From the IMG/VR virus record IMGVR_UViG_3300033143_008750, positions 1 to 64,000 of that record: 64,000 nucleotides of DNA. The stretch is one strand, 5' to 3'. Positions 48,821 to 58,135 of the stretch are shown here, one piece after another. A model generated the notes under the pieces. The model saw nothing but the letters and a program-made list of their open reading frames with translations, did no database searches and was not told where the DNA came from. The stretch is from a virus. The position numbers were made by a program, and so were the translations under genes. Within the stretch, counting starts at the first letter, position 1. Each line of letters starts with the position of its first letter.

Positions 48821-51160
48821 ATGAAACTTGAAACACCGAGTGTACCAGTCGAAATATGCGGCGAAATTGCCTCTGGCGACTTTCACATTAAAAACTCCGC
48901 AACAGCATTTGCAATTCTGTCTAGCGGTCTGTATTCAAACAAGTATGAAGCGATCTTGCGTGAACTAGGTTGTAATGCATACGACAGCCACGTAGAAGCA
49001 GGATGTGTAGACAAACAATTCACAGTTCATCTTCCTACAAGGCCCAATCCTATTTTCAGTGTCCGTGACTATGGCATCGGCCTAGATCACGAACAAGTAA
49101 TGGGATTGTACACGACGTATTTTGAATCGACTAAGAATAACAGTAATGATTTTGTTGGTTGCATGGGACTCGGTTCGAAGTCTCCTTTCAGTTACACTAA
49201 GAATTTCACAATCACCGCTATCAAAGACGGCATCAAAGGCCAGTACTCAGCATTCATCGGTGAGAAGGGCGTTCCTGCAATAGTTCAATTGCTTGATGAG
49301 AAAACTGACGAGGGCAATGGTGTAGAAATTTCGTTTGCAGTTGAAAATCGCAGCGATATGCGCCAATTTCAGCATGAAGCCAAGAAAGTCTACAAATGGT
49401 TTCAACTACGACCAGAATTCACTGGTGCTGAACTAGATATTCCTGAATTAGAATATGCAGAAATGGATATTATTCCAGGAACGCACATGGAAGAATCTCG
49501 TGGTTGGAGTAACAAATCAGTTGCTATCATGGGAAATGTAGCATATCCGATTGACGTTCCTGACGGTGAGGAACTTCCTGAAGGGATTCGTGAACTTATG
49601 CATGACAATAGTTTTGCAATCCGCTTCGATATTGGTGAACTTGACATTGCTGCTTCCCGTGAAGAATTGAGCTACGTTCCTCACACGATAACAAACCTCA
49701 TCAAGAAAGGTGAGGAAATTATGGCAGCACTAGAAGTTTATGTTGTCAATAAGATCAAACCAGCCAAGACAAAGTGGGAGCGTAACATACTTGCTGCTGA
49801 ATTGATTAACAGCAATGAAAAGTTATTTGGCGGAATCGTAGAGAATTATCTCAGCAAACACAGAGCGCAGTTCGTCAAAGGAACGAAACGTCAATATAGT
49901 CGCTTAGAAATTACTGTTCCAGTTTCCGAAATGGATAAGATCAACGGTATTAAATATACGATGAAAACTATTCGTAAAAATTACAACGATTATTCAAAGA
50001 CTCAACTTGTGAATATCAAAACAACTTCACAAGCGAAGCCGAAGCGTCTACAGAAGAATCCTAAGCTACATGGATACGATTCTCAAAATCGTTGGGAAGT
50101 TCATCAAGTCGATGCTAATAAAACTCAGATCATTTTCAATGACGAAAGTGGTAATATCTTAAAGCGAATCCGTCAAGCATATCTTGATCCTGATTACAAA
50201 GACTTGTTCACCAATGCGAATATCCTTATCTTTCAAGCACAGAATAAAGATACTGATAAAAAAGCCATCCTGAAATTCATTAAATCTCGATTTGGTAAGT
50301 CTCCGATTCTGTACGCTTCACAGCTACCGAAAGTATTGACAATCTCTGGCGCGCTAGGAAACACGAATGTAACTGTACAGCGGTTCATCGGCAAGCGCAC
50401 AGGCCGCTATGGTCGCGACGAGCATACATTCGATGCTGTCAATGGTAAGATGAAAGATATTCCGCCAACCATTGAGAAAGGGAAGAAAAAGATATTTTTG
50501 TATCTTAAGTTGTCGCACAAGTCAATTTTAAAACCTGATGGCACTGGTAATGTATGGAGTGCAACATCCATGATGGACTTGCTAGATAATAGTGAGATTG
50601 CTAAGATCGCAGGTATTAATCTTAACAAAGTCTACGGTGTAAACAAAACGAGTTTGAAAACTGTCACCAAAGATAAGCGTTGGGTTAACTTCTTCGATTA
50701 CATCAACAAAGAATTTGATAAGATCGACTGGAAGACTGCAAGAATTGAAACAGAACACAAAATCATTGGTCAGCAGTTCAATGACTCAGATTACCTTCTA
50801 TCAAAGGTCGATGATTCTACTCTGTTGAAAATGGCTTCGACTAAGACTCCTGTAGGAATCATGTTCACTCACTGGAATAAGTGGAAGGCATCGACTCCAG
50901 CGAAAGCGAAGAAAGGAATCAAGATTGAATATGATCGCCTGATTCGTGTTATGCAAGAATTTTTCCCGCAAAAAGATTTCACAAAAACATCTGCGAAACT
51001 GGATGTGGCAAAGATTGAAAAAAAGTACGAGAAGATTTTTGAAAATGTGAAAAATGCGTATCCAATGCTAGATTATCTCACTCTTAGTGAAAACTATCAT
51101 TCAGATCATCATTGGAGAGATGCACTTAATTATATCAAACTTATTGACAACGCACGATAA
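48821..51160 (+). CDS. rIIA: RIIA-like protein (GHKL ATPase N-terminus)
   Basis: LYSNK..AILREL.CNAYDSH, VRDYGIG and G.MGLGSKSPFSY motifs; adjacent to rIIB. Confidence 0.92.
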   Translation: MKLETPSVPVEICGEIASGDFHIKNSATAFAILSSGLYSNKYEAILRELGCNAYDSHVEAGCVDKQFTVHLPTRPNPIFSVRDYGIGLDHEQVMGLYTTYFESTKNNSNDFVGCMGLGSKSPFSYTKNFTITAIKDGIKGQYSAFIGEKGVPAIVQLLDEKTDEGNGVEISFAVENRSDMRQFQHEAKKVYKWFQLRPEFTGAELDIPELEYAEMDIIPGTHMEESRGWSNKSVAIMGNVAYPIDVPDGEELPEGIRELMHDNSFAIRFDIGELDIAASREELSYVPHTITNLIKKGEEIMAALEVYVVNKIKPAKTKWERNILAAELINSNEKLFGGIVENYLSKHRAQFVKGTKRQYSRLEITVPVSEMDKINGIKYTMKTIRKNYNDYSKTQLVNIKTTSQAKPKRLQKNPKLHGYDSQNRWEVHQVDANKTQIIFNDESGNILKRIRQAYLDPDYKDLFTNANILIFQAQNKDTDKKAILKFIKSRFGKSPILYASQLPKVLTISGALGNTNVTVQRFIGKRTGRYGRDEHTFDAVNGKMKDIPPTIEKGKKKIFLYLKLSHKSILKPDGTGNVWSATSMMDLLDNSEIAKIAGINLNKVYGVNKTSLKTVTKDKRWVNFFDYINKEFDKIDWKTARIETEHKIIGQQFNDSDYLLSKVDDSTLLKMASTKTPVGIMFTHWNKWKASTPAKAKKGIKIEYDRLIRVMQEFFPQKDFTKTSAKLDVAKIEKKYEKIFENVKNAYPMLDYLTLSENYHSDHHWRDALNYIKLIDNAR

Positions 51161-51197
51161 TTGTGCTAACATGTAACAACAACTGAGAGGTACTAAA

Positions 51198-52076
51198 ATG
51201 AAATTTCCACATATTTACCAAGGCAATAGCCTGACTATCTTTATCGAAGGGAAGCAGCACACAATTAATCGTGAAACGCATCCAAATTTCGATAAGGTTA
51301 TCGCAGCGATGCGCGATGAGGATTGGGATGTAATTCCAGACCTTGTTGATATGACCCGCGCAATTGCAAACTTCACTTCCGACAACGGCGACATCGAAGT
51401 TAAAAACGGCGATGTTTATTACTTGGGACGGCCTTTTCACAATGCAATGACAGATCGTTTGTTAGCAATGCTTGAAGAAGGTTTTCCAGTAGATGCTCTC
51501 TGTAACTTCCTGTCTCGACTGAAAGAGAATCCGTCGAAACGTGCAGTTGACGAACTTTACGGTTTTCTTGAGAACAACGATTTGCCGCTGACCGAAGATG
51601 GTTACTTTCTTGCGTACAAGAAAGTACGCGAAGATTATACAGATATTCACAGCGGCACGTTCGATAACAGCATTGGTCAGACTTGCTCAATGCCTCGCAA
51701 CGAGGTAAACGAGGACAAAGATCAAACTTGTTCTTCGGGCTTGCATTTCTGCTCACTTGATTATCTTCCGCATTTCGGCGGACGTTCAGGCTATCGCGTT
51801 ATGATCCTTCAGATCAATCCGCGTGATGTTGTAAGCATTCCGTCTGACTACAACAACGCTAAGGGCAGAACTTGCCGTTACGAAGTTGTTGCAGAGCATA
51901 ATGCTGAGAATCGGGATACGACTTCTGCGTTTAGCTCAGTTGTTGTTTCTGCTAGCTCAGGCGCACCGCGGGAAGTTCGTGATTATGGCAACGGTCAGTA
52001 TCGGTATGTAGATAACGGTTACTACGCTTCACAGGAAGATGTGATGGCGTGGAACGACTATCTAGATAACAAGTAA
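51198..52076 (+). CDS. rIIB: RIIB-like protein
   Basis: NPS.RAV.ELYGFL, DG.FLAYK.V, CSSGLH, P.DVVSIP.DY and K.R.CRY.V motifs. Confidence 0.92.
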   Translation: MKFPHIYQGNSLTIFIEGKQHTINRETHPNFDKVIAAMRDEDWDVIPDLVDMTRAIANFTSDNGDIEVKNGDVYYLGRPFHNAMTDRLLAMLEEGFPVDALCNFLSRLKENPSKRAVDELYGFLENNDLPLTEDGYFLAYKKVREDYTDIHSGTFDNSIGQTCSMPRNEVNEDKDQTCSSGLHFCSLDYLPHFGGRSGYRVMILQINPRDVVSIPSDYNNAKGRTCRYEVVAEHNAENRDTTSAFSSVVVSASSGAPREVRDYGNGQYRYVDNGYYASQEDVMAWNDYLDNK

Positions 52077-52083
52077 GTACAAC

Positions 52084-52150
52084 GGGATGCGGCTGGCGTC
52101 GCAATGATGTGGGTCCTTGCTTCTTCTCAGCGCCAGTCGTATCCTTTTTG
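52084..52150 (+). terminator. Long GC-rich hairpin plus U-tract after rIIB
   Basis: GGGATGCGGCTGGCG (52084-52098) pairs with CGCCAGTCGTATCCT (52131-52145), followed by TTTT. Confidence 0.6.
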
Positions 52151-52378
52151 AATTTGTGTGATCCGTTTGGGGATCGGTAGAGCACCTAGACGAAGATTGT
52201 GCAGTCACTTCTTGTTAACATTGTTGATATGAATACTGCCAAAATTTGTAAACGACTGGCTCATAAGTCCAACACTTATGATGAACGTCGGTGGATGGCT
52301 ATTAGTTTGCTAAATAGTTCAGCTAGGATGGGGACTTCGGGTGGGGAATTCGAGGGCACAGACACATACAAGGCAAAT

Positions 52379-53080
52379 ATGGCATATACGAAAAAGATTA
52401 AAAAAATAATAGACGATGGCATAATTACTTATATCAACGATTACGGAATAGATCCTGAACATCGCGAAATCTATCTATTTCCAAGAGAAGAATACATGTA
52501 CGGCGGCGGCGACGAAGGCCTCGCAGAACCAGGCGTCGAATTCAGTCTCGCAAATCAATTCATCCGCAACATCAGAATCTTATCAAATATCTCACCTGAT
52601 CCTATTCTCATACACCTAAAATCTTGTGGTGGAGAATGGCACGAAGGTCTTGCGATGTATCAAGCAATCAAAGCTTGCAGATGCCACGTAACAATCCTAA
52701 ACTATGCAAGCGCACGTAGCATGAGCAGCATCATATTCTCAGCAGCAGATCATCGTGCAATGATGCCATTTTCAACATTTATGATTCACACAGGTACTCT
52801 GGTGCTACTCGGCACAGGCACACAAATTCAAACTGAATATGAAGAAGCTAAGAAAGCAGATAAAATTATGCTTGATATTTACGTTGACTTACTCAAAGAA
52901 TCTGAACTAATGAAAAGCTGGACACGTAAACGTATTAACACATGGCTTGTCAAGAAAATGAAAGACAAAGAAGAGGTCTACTTCACAGCAGAAGAAGCAG
53001 TAGAGCATAATTTTGCAGATACGATCTTCGGCGCCGACGGAACCTACGACTGGAGTGCATTAACTAATTCCTCCACATAA
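52379..53080 (+). CDS. ClpP-like serine protease
   Basis: PI.I.L.S.GG...G..MY, A.SMSS (Ser), FMIH (His), YF.AEEAV...FAD.I; likely start ATG 52379. Confidence 0.85.
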   Translation: MAYTKKIKKIIDDGIITYINDYGIDPEHREIYLFPREEYMYGGGDEGLAEPGVEFSLANQFIRNIRILSNISPDPILIHLKSCGGEWHEGLAMYQAIKACRCHVTILNYASARSMSSIIFSAADHRAMMPFSTFMIHTGTLVLLGTGTQIQTEYEEAKKADKIMLDIYVDLLKESELMKSWTRKRINTWLVKKMKDKEEVYFTAEEAVEHNFADTIFGADGTYDWSALTNSST

Positions 53081-53120
53081 TTGATAAATACAGTTATAAC
53101 TATAACTGGAGATTTATCAA

Positions 53121-53732
53121 ATGGGCATGGAAGATTTTCTAGGTTCTGTAATAGACGAGAACGAGAAAGACAACGATAGCACAGACCACTTTGACAAAGC
53201 AATACTAATCACGCTGAAACACGAAGGCGGTTTCGTTAATGATCCAGTTGACCCAGGCGGCGCAACTAATTGGGGTATGTCCATTCGTTTTCTAAAAGGT
53301 GCAGGTGATTCGGATGGCGACGGCTTCGATGATGGTGACCTAGATCACGACGGCGATATTGATGTTGATGATATTAAGAATATGACTGTTGACCAAGCAC
53401 GTAAACTCTACCGTACTCATTTTTGGGACAAGTATAACTACGATACAATTTCTGACTTTATTGTAGCTGCACGTTGTTTCGATATGACAGTCAATATGGG
53501 TGCAAAGCAGACAGGCAAAATTGTACAACGCGCATTAAATAACTTGGGTAGCTCACTTAAAGTTGACGGCGCGATCGGCAAGAATACGTTTGCAACAATT
53601 AACTGCACTAACTCTGAAATGTTGATGGCAGAAATTCGTCAGGAACATGCGCAATTTTACCTAGACCTTATAGCAGCCAAACCAAAGTTTGAAAAATACA
53701 GAAAAGGTTGGTTACGACGCGCTGCGGCGTAA
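53121..53732 (+). CDS. Glycoside hydrolase family 108 endolysin with C-terminal peptidoglycan-binding region
   Basis: HEGGFVNDPVDPGGATNWG, FD..VNMG, VDG.IG..T and GWLRR motifs. Confidence 0.92.
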   Translation: MGMEDFLGSVIDENEKDNDSTDHFDKAILITLKHEGGFVNDPVDPGGATNWGMSIRFLKGAGDSDGDGFDDGDLDHDGDIDVDDIKNMTVDQARKLYRTHFWDKYNYDTISDFIVAARCFDMTVNMGAKQTGKIVQRALNNLGSSLKVDGAIGKNTFATINCTNSEMLMAEIRQEHAQFYLDLIAAKPKFEKYRKGWLRRAAA

Positions 53733-53860
53733 GTAATGCAACTGTTTAATCATAGGTGTAACACAGATAAATAACCTTACATAGAGAAATACTCTGTGAA
53801 TACAATAAAACTGTGTTACACATTATGGTAAACTCAAAAGAATATACTCAGGAATGAACA

Positions 53861-54424
53861 ATGAATAAAGCACTAATCATACTTACAGCATTAATATTAA
53901 TTCCCTTCACTTCTCTAGCAGGAGAAGTGGAACAGACAGCAATGGACAAACTGTTAGATCAGTATGAACTAAAACAGCAAGTAGCTAACGCATCAGCACC
54001 ATTAGACTTATTATCAGAAAATCGCAGATTAAGAAATGAGATTATTGATCTACGAGTTGAGAAAGACGGACTGAGTGAACAAGTATCATACTTGCAAGTT
54101 ACAATTAACAATATGGTTTCATCAGAAGGTGAACAATCAGGTTGTGACGTTGTAGAATGCGTACCGTTAGAAGATGTAATGAATGAGAAACTTATTACAT
54201 ACGTTATTACTTCTTTAGGAATGTATAGATTAGCAGAAATACTAGATCAAGCAGCCCCAGTAGAAAACGTTGAAGCACATACCAAAGCACAGAAAATAAT
54301 GAAAGGTGTGAAATCAGACTTAGATGTGCTGGGCTTCGATACTTCGAATATGTCAGAAGTTCCTGAATTAGATGAATTGCTGGAACAGTTAGAAATAACT
54401 CAAGGCTCAAGGCTAGCACGATAA
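53861..54424 (+). CDS. Exported coiled-coil protein
   Basis: Signal peptide (..SLA); coiled-coil region; late box at 53766. Confidence 0.65.
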   Translation: MNKALIILTALILIPFTSLAGEVEQTAMDKLLDQYELKQQVANASAPLDLLSENRRLRNEIIDLRVEKDGLSEQVSYLQVTINNMVSSEGEQSGCDVVECVPLEDVMNEKLITYVITSLGMYRLAEILDQAAPVENVEAHTKAQKIMKGVKSDLDVLGFDTSNMSEVPELDELLEQLEITQGSRLAR

Positions 54425-54462
54425 GTTGCACCACTAAAATATAATCAATTAAGGTGTAAATT

Positions 54463-54855
54463 ATGGTACCCAAAACAGAAGAAACAAAACTTACGGTAAA
54501 GATGCTAGGAATAATAGCAAGTATAATATTAGCGATATTAGGTTCAGTCGCCAGTAGCTTTGTCTTTGTTGATAATAGATATGTCAACAAAGATATTTAT
54601 GATGTTCATGTAACACAAAACGATGAAGACTTTGCAGAAATGGATGAGAAAACAGCACTATTAATAAGTGCAATGCAGACTCAAAGTGAGCAAGACTTAA
54701 ATCGTGTTTATAAAGCTATCAAAGACGCATCAGCATTGCCCCTCATTGTTCGACGCGATCTACTACAGGCACGAAGAAGTACACTAACTCCCGTAGAAAG
54801 TGATGAACTAGAGATTTTGAACACAAAGCTAGATGAACTGAATATAGAACAATAA
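54463..54855 (+). CDS. Single-pass membrane protein (possible lysis accessory)
   Basis: N-terminal TM then helical region; lies in the late unit after the endolysin. Confidence 0.6.
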   Translation: MVPKTEETKLTVKMLGIIASIILAILGSVASSFVFVDNRYVNKDIYDVHVTQNDEDFAEMDEKTALLISAMQTQSEQDLNRVYKAIKDASALPLIVRRDLLQARRSTLTPVESDELEILNTKLDELNIEQ

Positions 54856-54878
54856 GAACATACAACAATCATAAGCTT

Positions 54879-54902
54879 AGGGGCGTTTTCGCCCCTTTTT
54901 TA
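54879..54902 (+). terminator. Rho-independent terminator
   Basis: AGGGGCG-TTTT-CGCCCCT-TTTTT. Confidence 0.85.
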
Positions 54903-54940
54903 CGGTTGACAAGTGGTAAAAGAGGTGCTAAAATATCGTA

Positions 54941-55402
54941 ATGAAAATTGGATTCACAGGAACACAGACAGGAATCACTCCTCCGCAGTTTGACTTACTT
55001 GTAGAAGTGTTGCAAGAGCTCCACGAAGTCACAGAAGCGCATCACGGAGATTGTCTTGGTGCTGATAGAGAATTTTCTATAATTGTTGATTGTATTTTCG
55101 GTACCGGTAAGATACATTGTCATCCTCCAGAGGACGGTAAGAAACGAGCATTTTGCAGAGTAGATGTAATGTATGAGGCTCTTCCGTTCTTGGTTCGTAA
55201 TCATAATATCGTAAATAAAACAGATATATTGATTGCTTGCCCGAAAGGAATGAATGAAGAAGTACGATCAGGAACATGGGCAACAGTACGATTTGCACGA
55301 AAGCAGAAAGGCATCATTGTAATCCTTTGGCCAGATGGTAAATACACATATGAGGAACATAAAATTCCTACTTACCCAGATGAGGACGTAGATGAGGATT
55401 AA
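54941..55402 (+). CDS. SLOG (DprA/Smf-YspA-like) nucleotide-binding protein
   Basis: IGFTGT, HHGDC.GAD, RN..IV...D.LIA.P and SGTW.TVR.A motifs. Confidence 0.8.
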   Translation: MKIGFTGTQTGITPPQFDLLVEVLQELHEVTEAHHGDCLGADREFSIIVDCIFGTGKIHCHPPEDGKKRAFCRVDVMYEALPFLVRNHNIVNKTDILIACPKGMNEEVRSGTWATVRFARKQKGIIVILWPDGKYTYEEHKIPTYPDEDVDED

Positions 55403-55674
55403 AGCAAGAGCAAGCTTAGATCGTTTGAAAACGATGAAAAACAAGAAACGAAAGTTTGTTGCAACATCAGAATTAGATCGTGAGACTTGGATTGAATGTG
55501 ATGTATCAGAAACAAAAATCGGTCTCAGGAATACAGCGACAACAAATCGCTACATTGAATTGATTGCATGGACTAACAAAGCAGCAATAGGAAGATACAC
55601 AAGAGTAGATGGATCGTTTTGGTTTGAAAACGAAAAAGATGCATTTAAATTTAAGTTGAAGTGGGGCGAACCCG

Positions 55675-56034
55675 ATGGCAAATAACAGACGACCACAAGC
55701 GCCGAAGCGCAGAAATTTTGTAGCGAAGAATGCTAATAAGGTTCATCGTCCGCAGACTTTCCGCGACCGTACCAAGTATGATAGGTACGAGGATTATTTG
55801 AGCGATCAACTTGACGATTATATTGCTGACATTGAGCCTGTCGGAGATGTAATGAGCAAGGAAGAATTTGTAGCAAAAATCTCAGGAGAAGAATACGATC
55901 CTGACATGCGCAAAGATTATGAAGATTGGCTTGCCGCACAGAACGATGGCGGTACAGAAACGTGGGAAGATTACACCGACGATTACACCGATGATGATTT
56001 TGCTGACGAAAGATTTGATGATTATGACTACTAA
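55675..56034 (+). CDS. Basic N-terminus (ArfA-like pattern) with acidic C-terminal tail
   Basis: RNFVAKNANKVHRPQTFRDRTKYDR followed by a D/E/Y-rich region. Confidence 0.5.
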   Translation: MANNRRPQAPKRRNFVAKNANKVHRPQTFRDRTKYDRYEDYLSDQLDDYIADIEPVGDVMSKEEFVAKISGEEYDPDMRKDYEDWLAAQNDGGTETWEDYTDDYTDDDFADERFDDYDY

Positions 56035-56360
56035 GCAAAAAATGCTACTGATGTACATGCCGAATGGCGGACAAGATGGACAGATGAACGTCTGGTATCA
56101 AGGCGATCATAGTCACGTTGAGTTCCGCGGGCGTCCGTACACAGATTGGGATAGCGAATTCACTGACGATTGGTTTCAGCGTTCCCATGATGTACTTGAG
56201 GGATGGCATTCGTGCGTCCTGCACACAGATCAAACACTAGCGATACTGCCTAATCATCCTGATTACGCAGGTCTGGTTTCACTGATGGCTGAGGCACAAA
56301 CTACTTCCTAAATATCTCCTAAAGTTAGATAAATACTAGCACTATAAGAGGAGATAGTAA

Positions 56361-56897
56361 ATGACATTTATACACATGGGAGCTATGACTGCCGCTGCGG
56401 CAGACCAATTCACAGTTTCACTTAACGGTGCTAATATTTCAGCCACTGGCGGATTCGGCTATGACTGGGGCTGGTCTTTTAAAACAGACGGGCACGTTGA
56501 AGAATATCGTAATGGGTTTACTAATAATATTCACTCCTTAACAGATTGGATTGATCCTAAAATGGGGTTTACTGCCGCAGATTATGAAGTACGCGGTGGC
56601 TTGCAATCAGATTCATCGAGCGAAGCAAAATCTACAACTGGTTCTAATGCGTTTATACCTACTACGGTTGGCCTTATTGGTTCTTGGTACGGCCTAGGTA
56701 TAACTCGCGTTTTCAGGTTCGGAATCGACACATTCCATGATAATGAATTTTCTAATGGATGGATGCGCTTTGAAATAAGAAACATTACCAATCCAAGCCT
56801 CAATACACTATCAAGCGCAGTTGACGCAGCGGCAATCATGGCTGTCGGGGAAACTGCTACAGCATACTACTATAATATCGAAATTGGCTTTGAATAA
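56361..56897 (+). CDS. Late structural-type protein
   Basis: GATAAATA at 56328 and AGGAG RBS; beta-rich. Confidence 0.65.
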   Translation: MTFIHMGAMTAAAADQFTVSLNGANISATGGFGYDWGWSFKTDGHVEEYRNGFTNNIHSLTDWIDPKMGFTAADYEVRGGLQSDSSSEAKSTTGSNAFIPTTVGLIGSWYGLGITRVFRFGIDTFHDNEFSNGWMRFEIRNITNPSLNTLSSAVDAAAIMAVGETATAYYYNIEIGFE

Positions 56898-57059
56898 GCT
56901 AACCTACTGATTATCTCAACAAGTGGAAATGTAGTGGTTGACAAACCGCCTATAGGCGTGTATTATACTCATGTAAGCTAAATACTAGTACGAGAAAGGT
57001 GGACTTTCTCAAGCAGCAAGGGATTCTTGCAGCAAGCAGACGATACGGAGGGTATCGAA

Positions 57060-58133
57060 GTGAGTGAAAGAAAATACGATTTAGCCGTGTTCATCGGCCG
57101 TATGCAGCCCTTACACAACGGGCATGTACAAAACATCCAAAACGCCCTCGAAATTGCAGACAATGTTCTGGTTATCGTAGGCTCAGCAAATCAACCCCGT
57201 ACTCCCAGAAATCCGTTCACGGTAAATGAACGTGCTGAAATGATATATTCAGTTTTCGGCGAAGATTGTGACCGTGTACAAGTCGAAGGAGTTGAAGATT
57301 ATTACCCTGACGCACTCTGGCTCAAAGATGTCCAGACTGTAGCGCACAAGCACATTATCGGCGCGGATATAGAACACTTTACTGATGCAAAAGTAGCAAT
57401 TCTCGGCCACGACAAAGATCACACAAGTTTCTATCTGAATGAGTTTCCTACCTGGGATTTCATTGAGATTGGTCATCGACTTCGACAAGCAAAGTTTCCT
57501 AGAATTATTGATGCGACTAACATTCGCAATGCATATTTCGACGGTGATTTCGACCACATTGTCGATCAAATTCCAGCAGAAGTTTCTGCCTTCATGCAGA
57601 AATTCTACAAAACTCCAAAATACAATATGCTTGTTGAAGAACAAGCATACATCACTCGTTACAAAGAAGAATGGTCAGCAGCACCTTATGCGCCAACTTT
57701 CGTAACGACTGACGCAGTTGTTGTACAAAGCGGCCACGTACTTTTAGTCAAAAGACGCACCGCACCTGGAAAAGGTCTTTGGGCACTCCCAGGCGGCTTT
57801 TTGAATCAAACTGAACGTTTAGAAGATGGCGTGATTCGCGAGCTACGTGAGGAAACAAAATTGAAAGTTCCCGTCAAAGTCTTAGAGGGCAGCATACAGC
57901 ACAAGCACACGACAGTATTTGATGCGCCTAACAGAAGCTTACGGGGCCGCACAATCACAAACGCATTTCTCATTGATCTTGCTGCGCAGCCTAAGCTGCC
58001 TAAGGTCAAAGGCGCTGACGATGCAGAAGAAGCCAAATGGTTTCCTCTAAATGTAGTTGACGCAATGGGAAGTATTCTTTTCGAAGATCACAAGCTAATC
58101 ATCCAAACGATGGTTGCGAAGTTGGAGAACTAA
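57060..58133 (+). CDS. nadM: Bifunctional NMN adenylyltransferase / Nudix hydrolase (NadM-Nudix)
   Basis: FIGRMQPLHNGH, GSA....T.RNPF...ER and Nudix box GG.....E......RELREET; likely GTG start at 57060. Confidence 0.93.
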   Translation: MSERKYDLAVFIGRMQPLHNGHVQNIQNALEIADNVLVIVGSANQPRTPRNPFTVNERAEMIYSVFGEDCDRVQVEGVEDYYPDALWLKDVQTVAHKHIIGADIEHFTDAKVAILGHDKDHTSFYLNEFPTWDFIEIGHRLRQAKFPRIIDATNIRNAYFDGDFDHIVDQIPAEVSAFMQKFYKTPKYNMLVEEQAYITRYKEEWSAAPYAPTFVTTDAVVVQSGHVLLVKRRTAPGKGLWALPGGFLNQTERLEDGVIRELREETKLKVPVKVLEGSIQHKHTTVFDAPNRSLRGRTITNAFLIDLAAQPKLPKVKGADDAEEAKWFPLNVVDAMGSILFEDHKLIIQTMVAKLEN

Positions 58134-58135
58134 TC

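Noticed and set aside
52199-52378. N-terminal extension of the ClpP-like ORF
   Set aside because: The upstream 60 codons have no ClpP similarity and span a CTAAATA late-type box; ATG 52379 is more plausible. Starts were similarly shortened for the ORFs listed at 948, 2969, 3909, 4355, 13151, 18140, 31433, 32916, 46294, 57027 and 61990.
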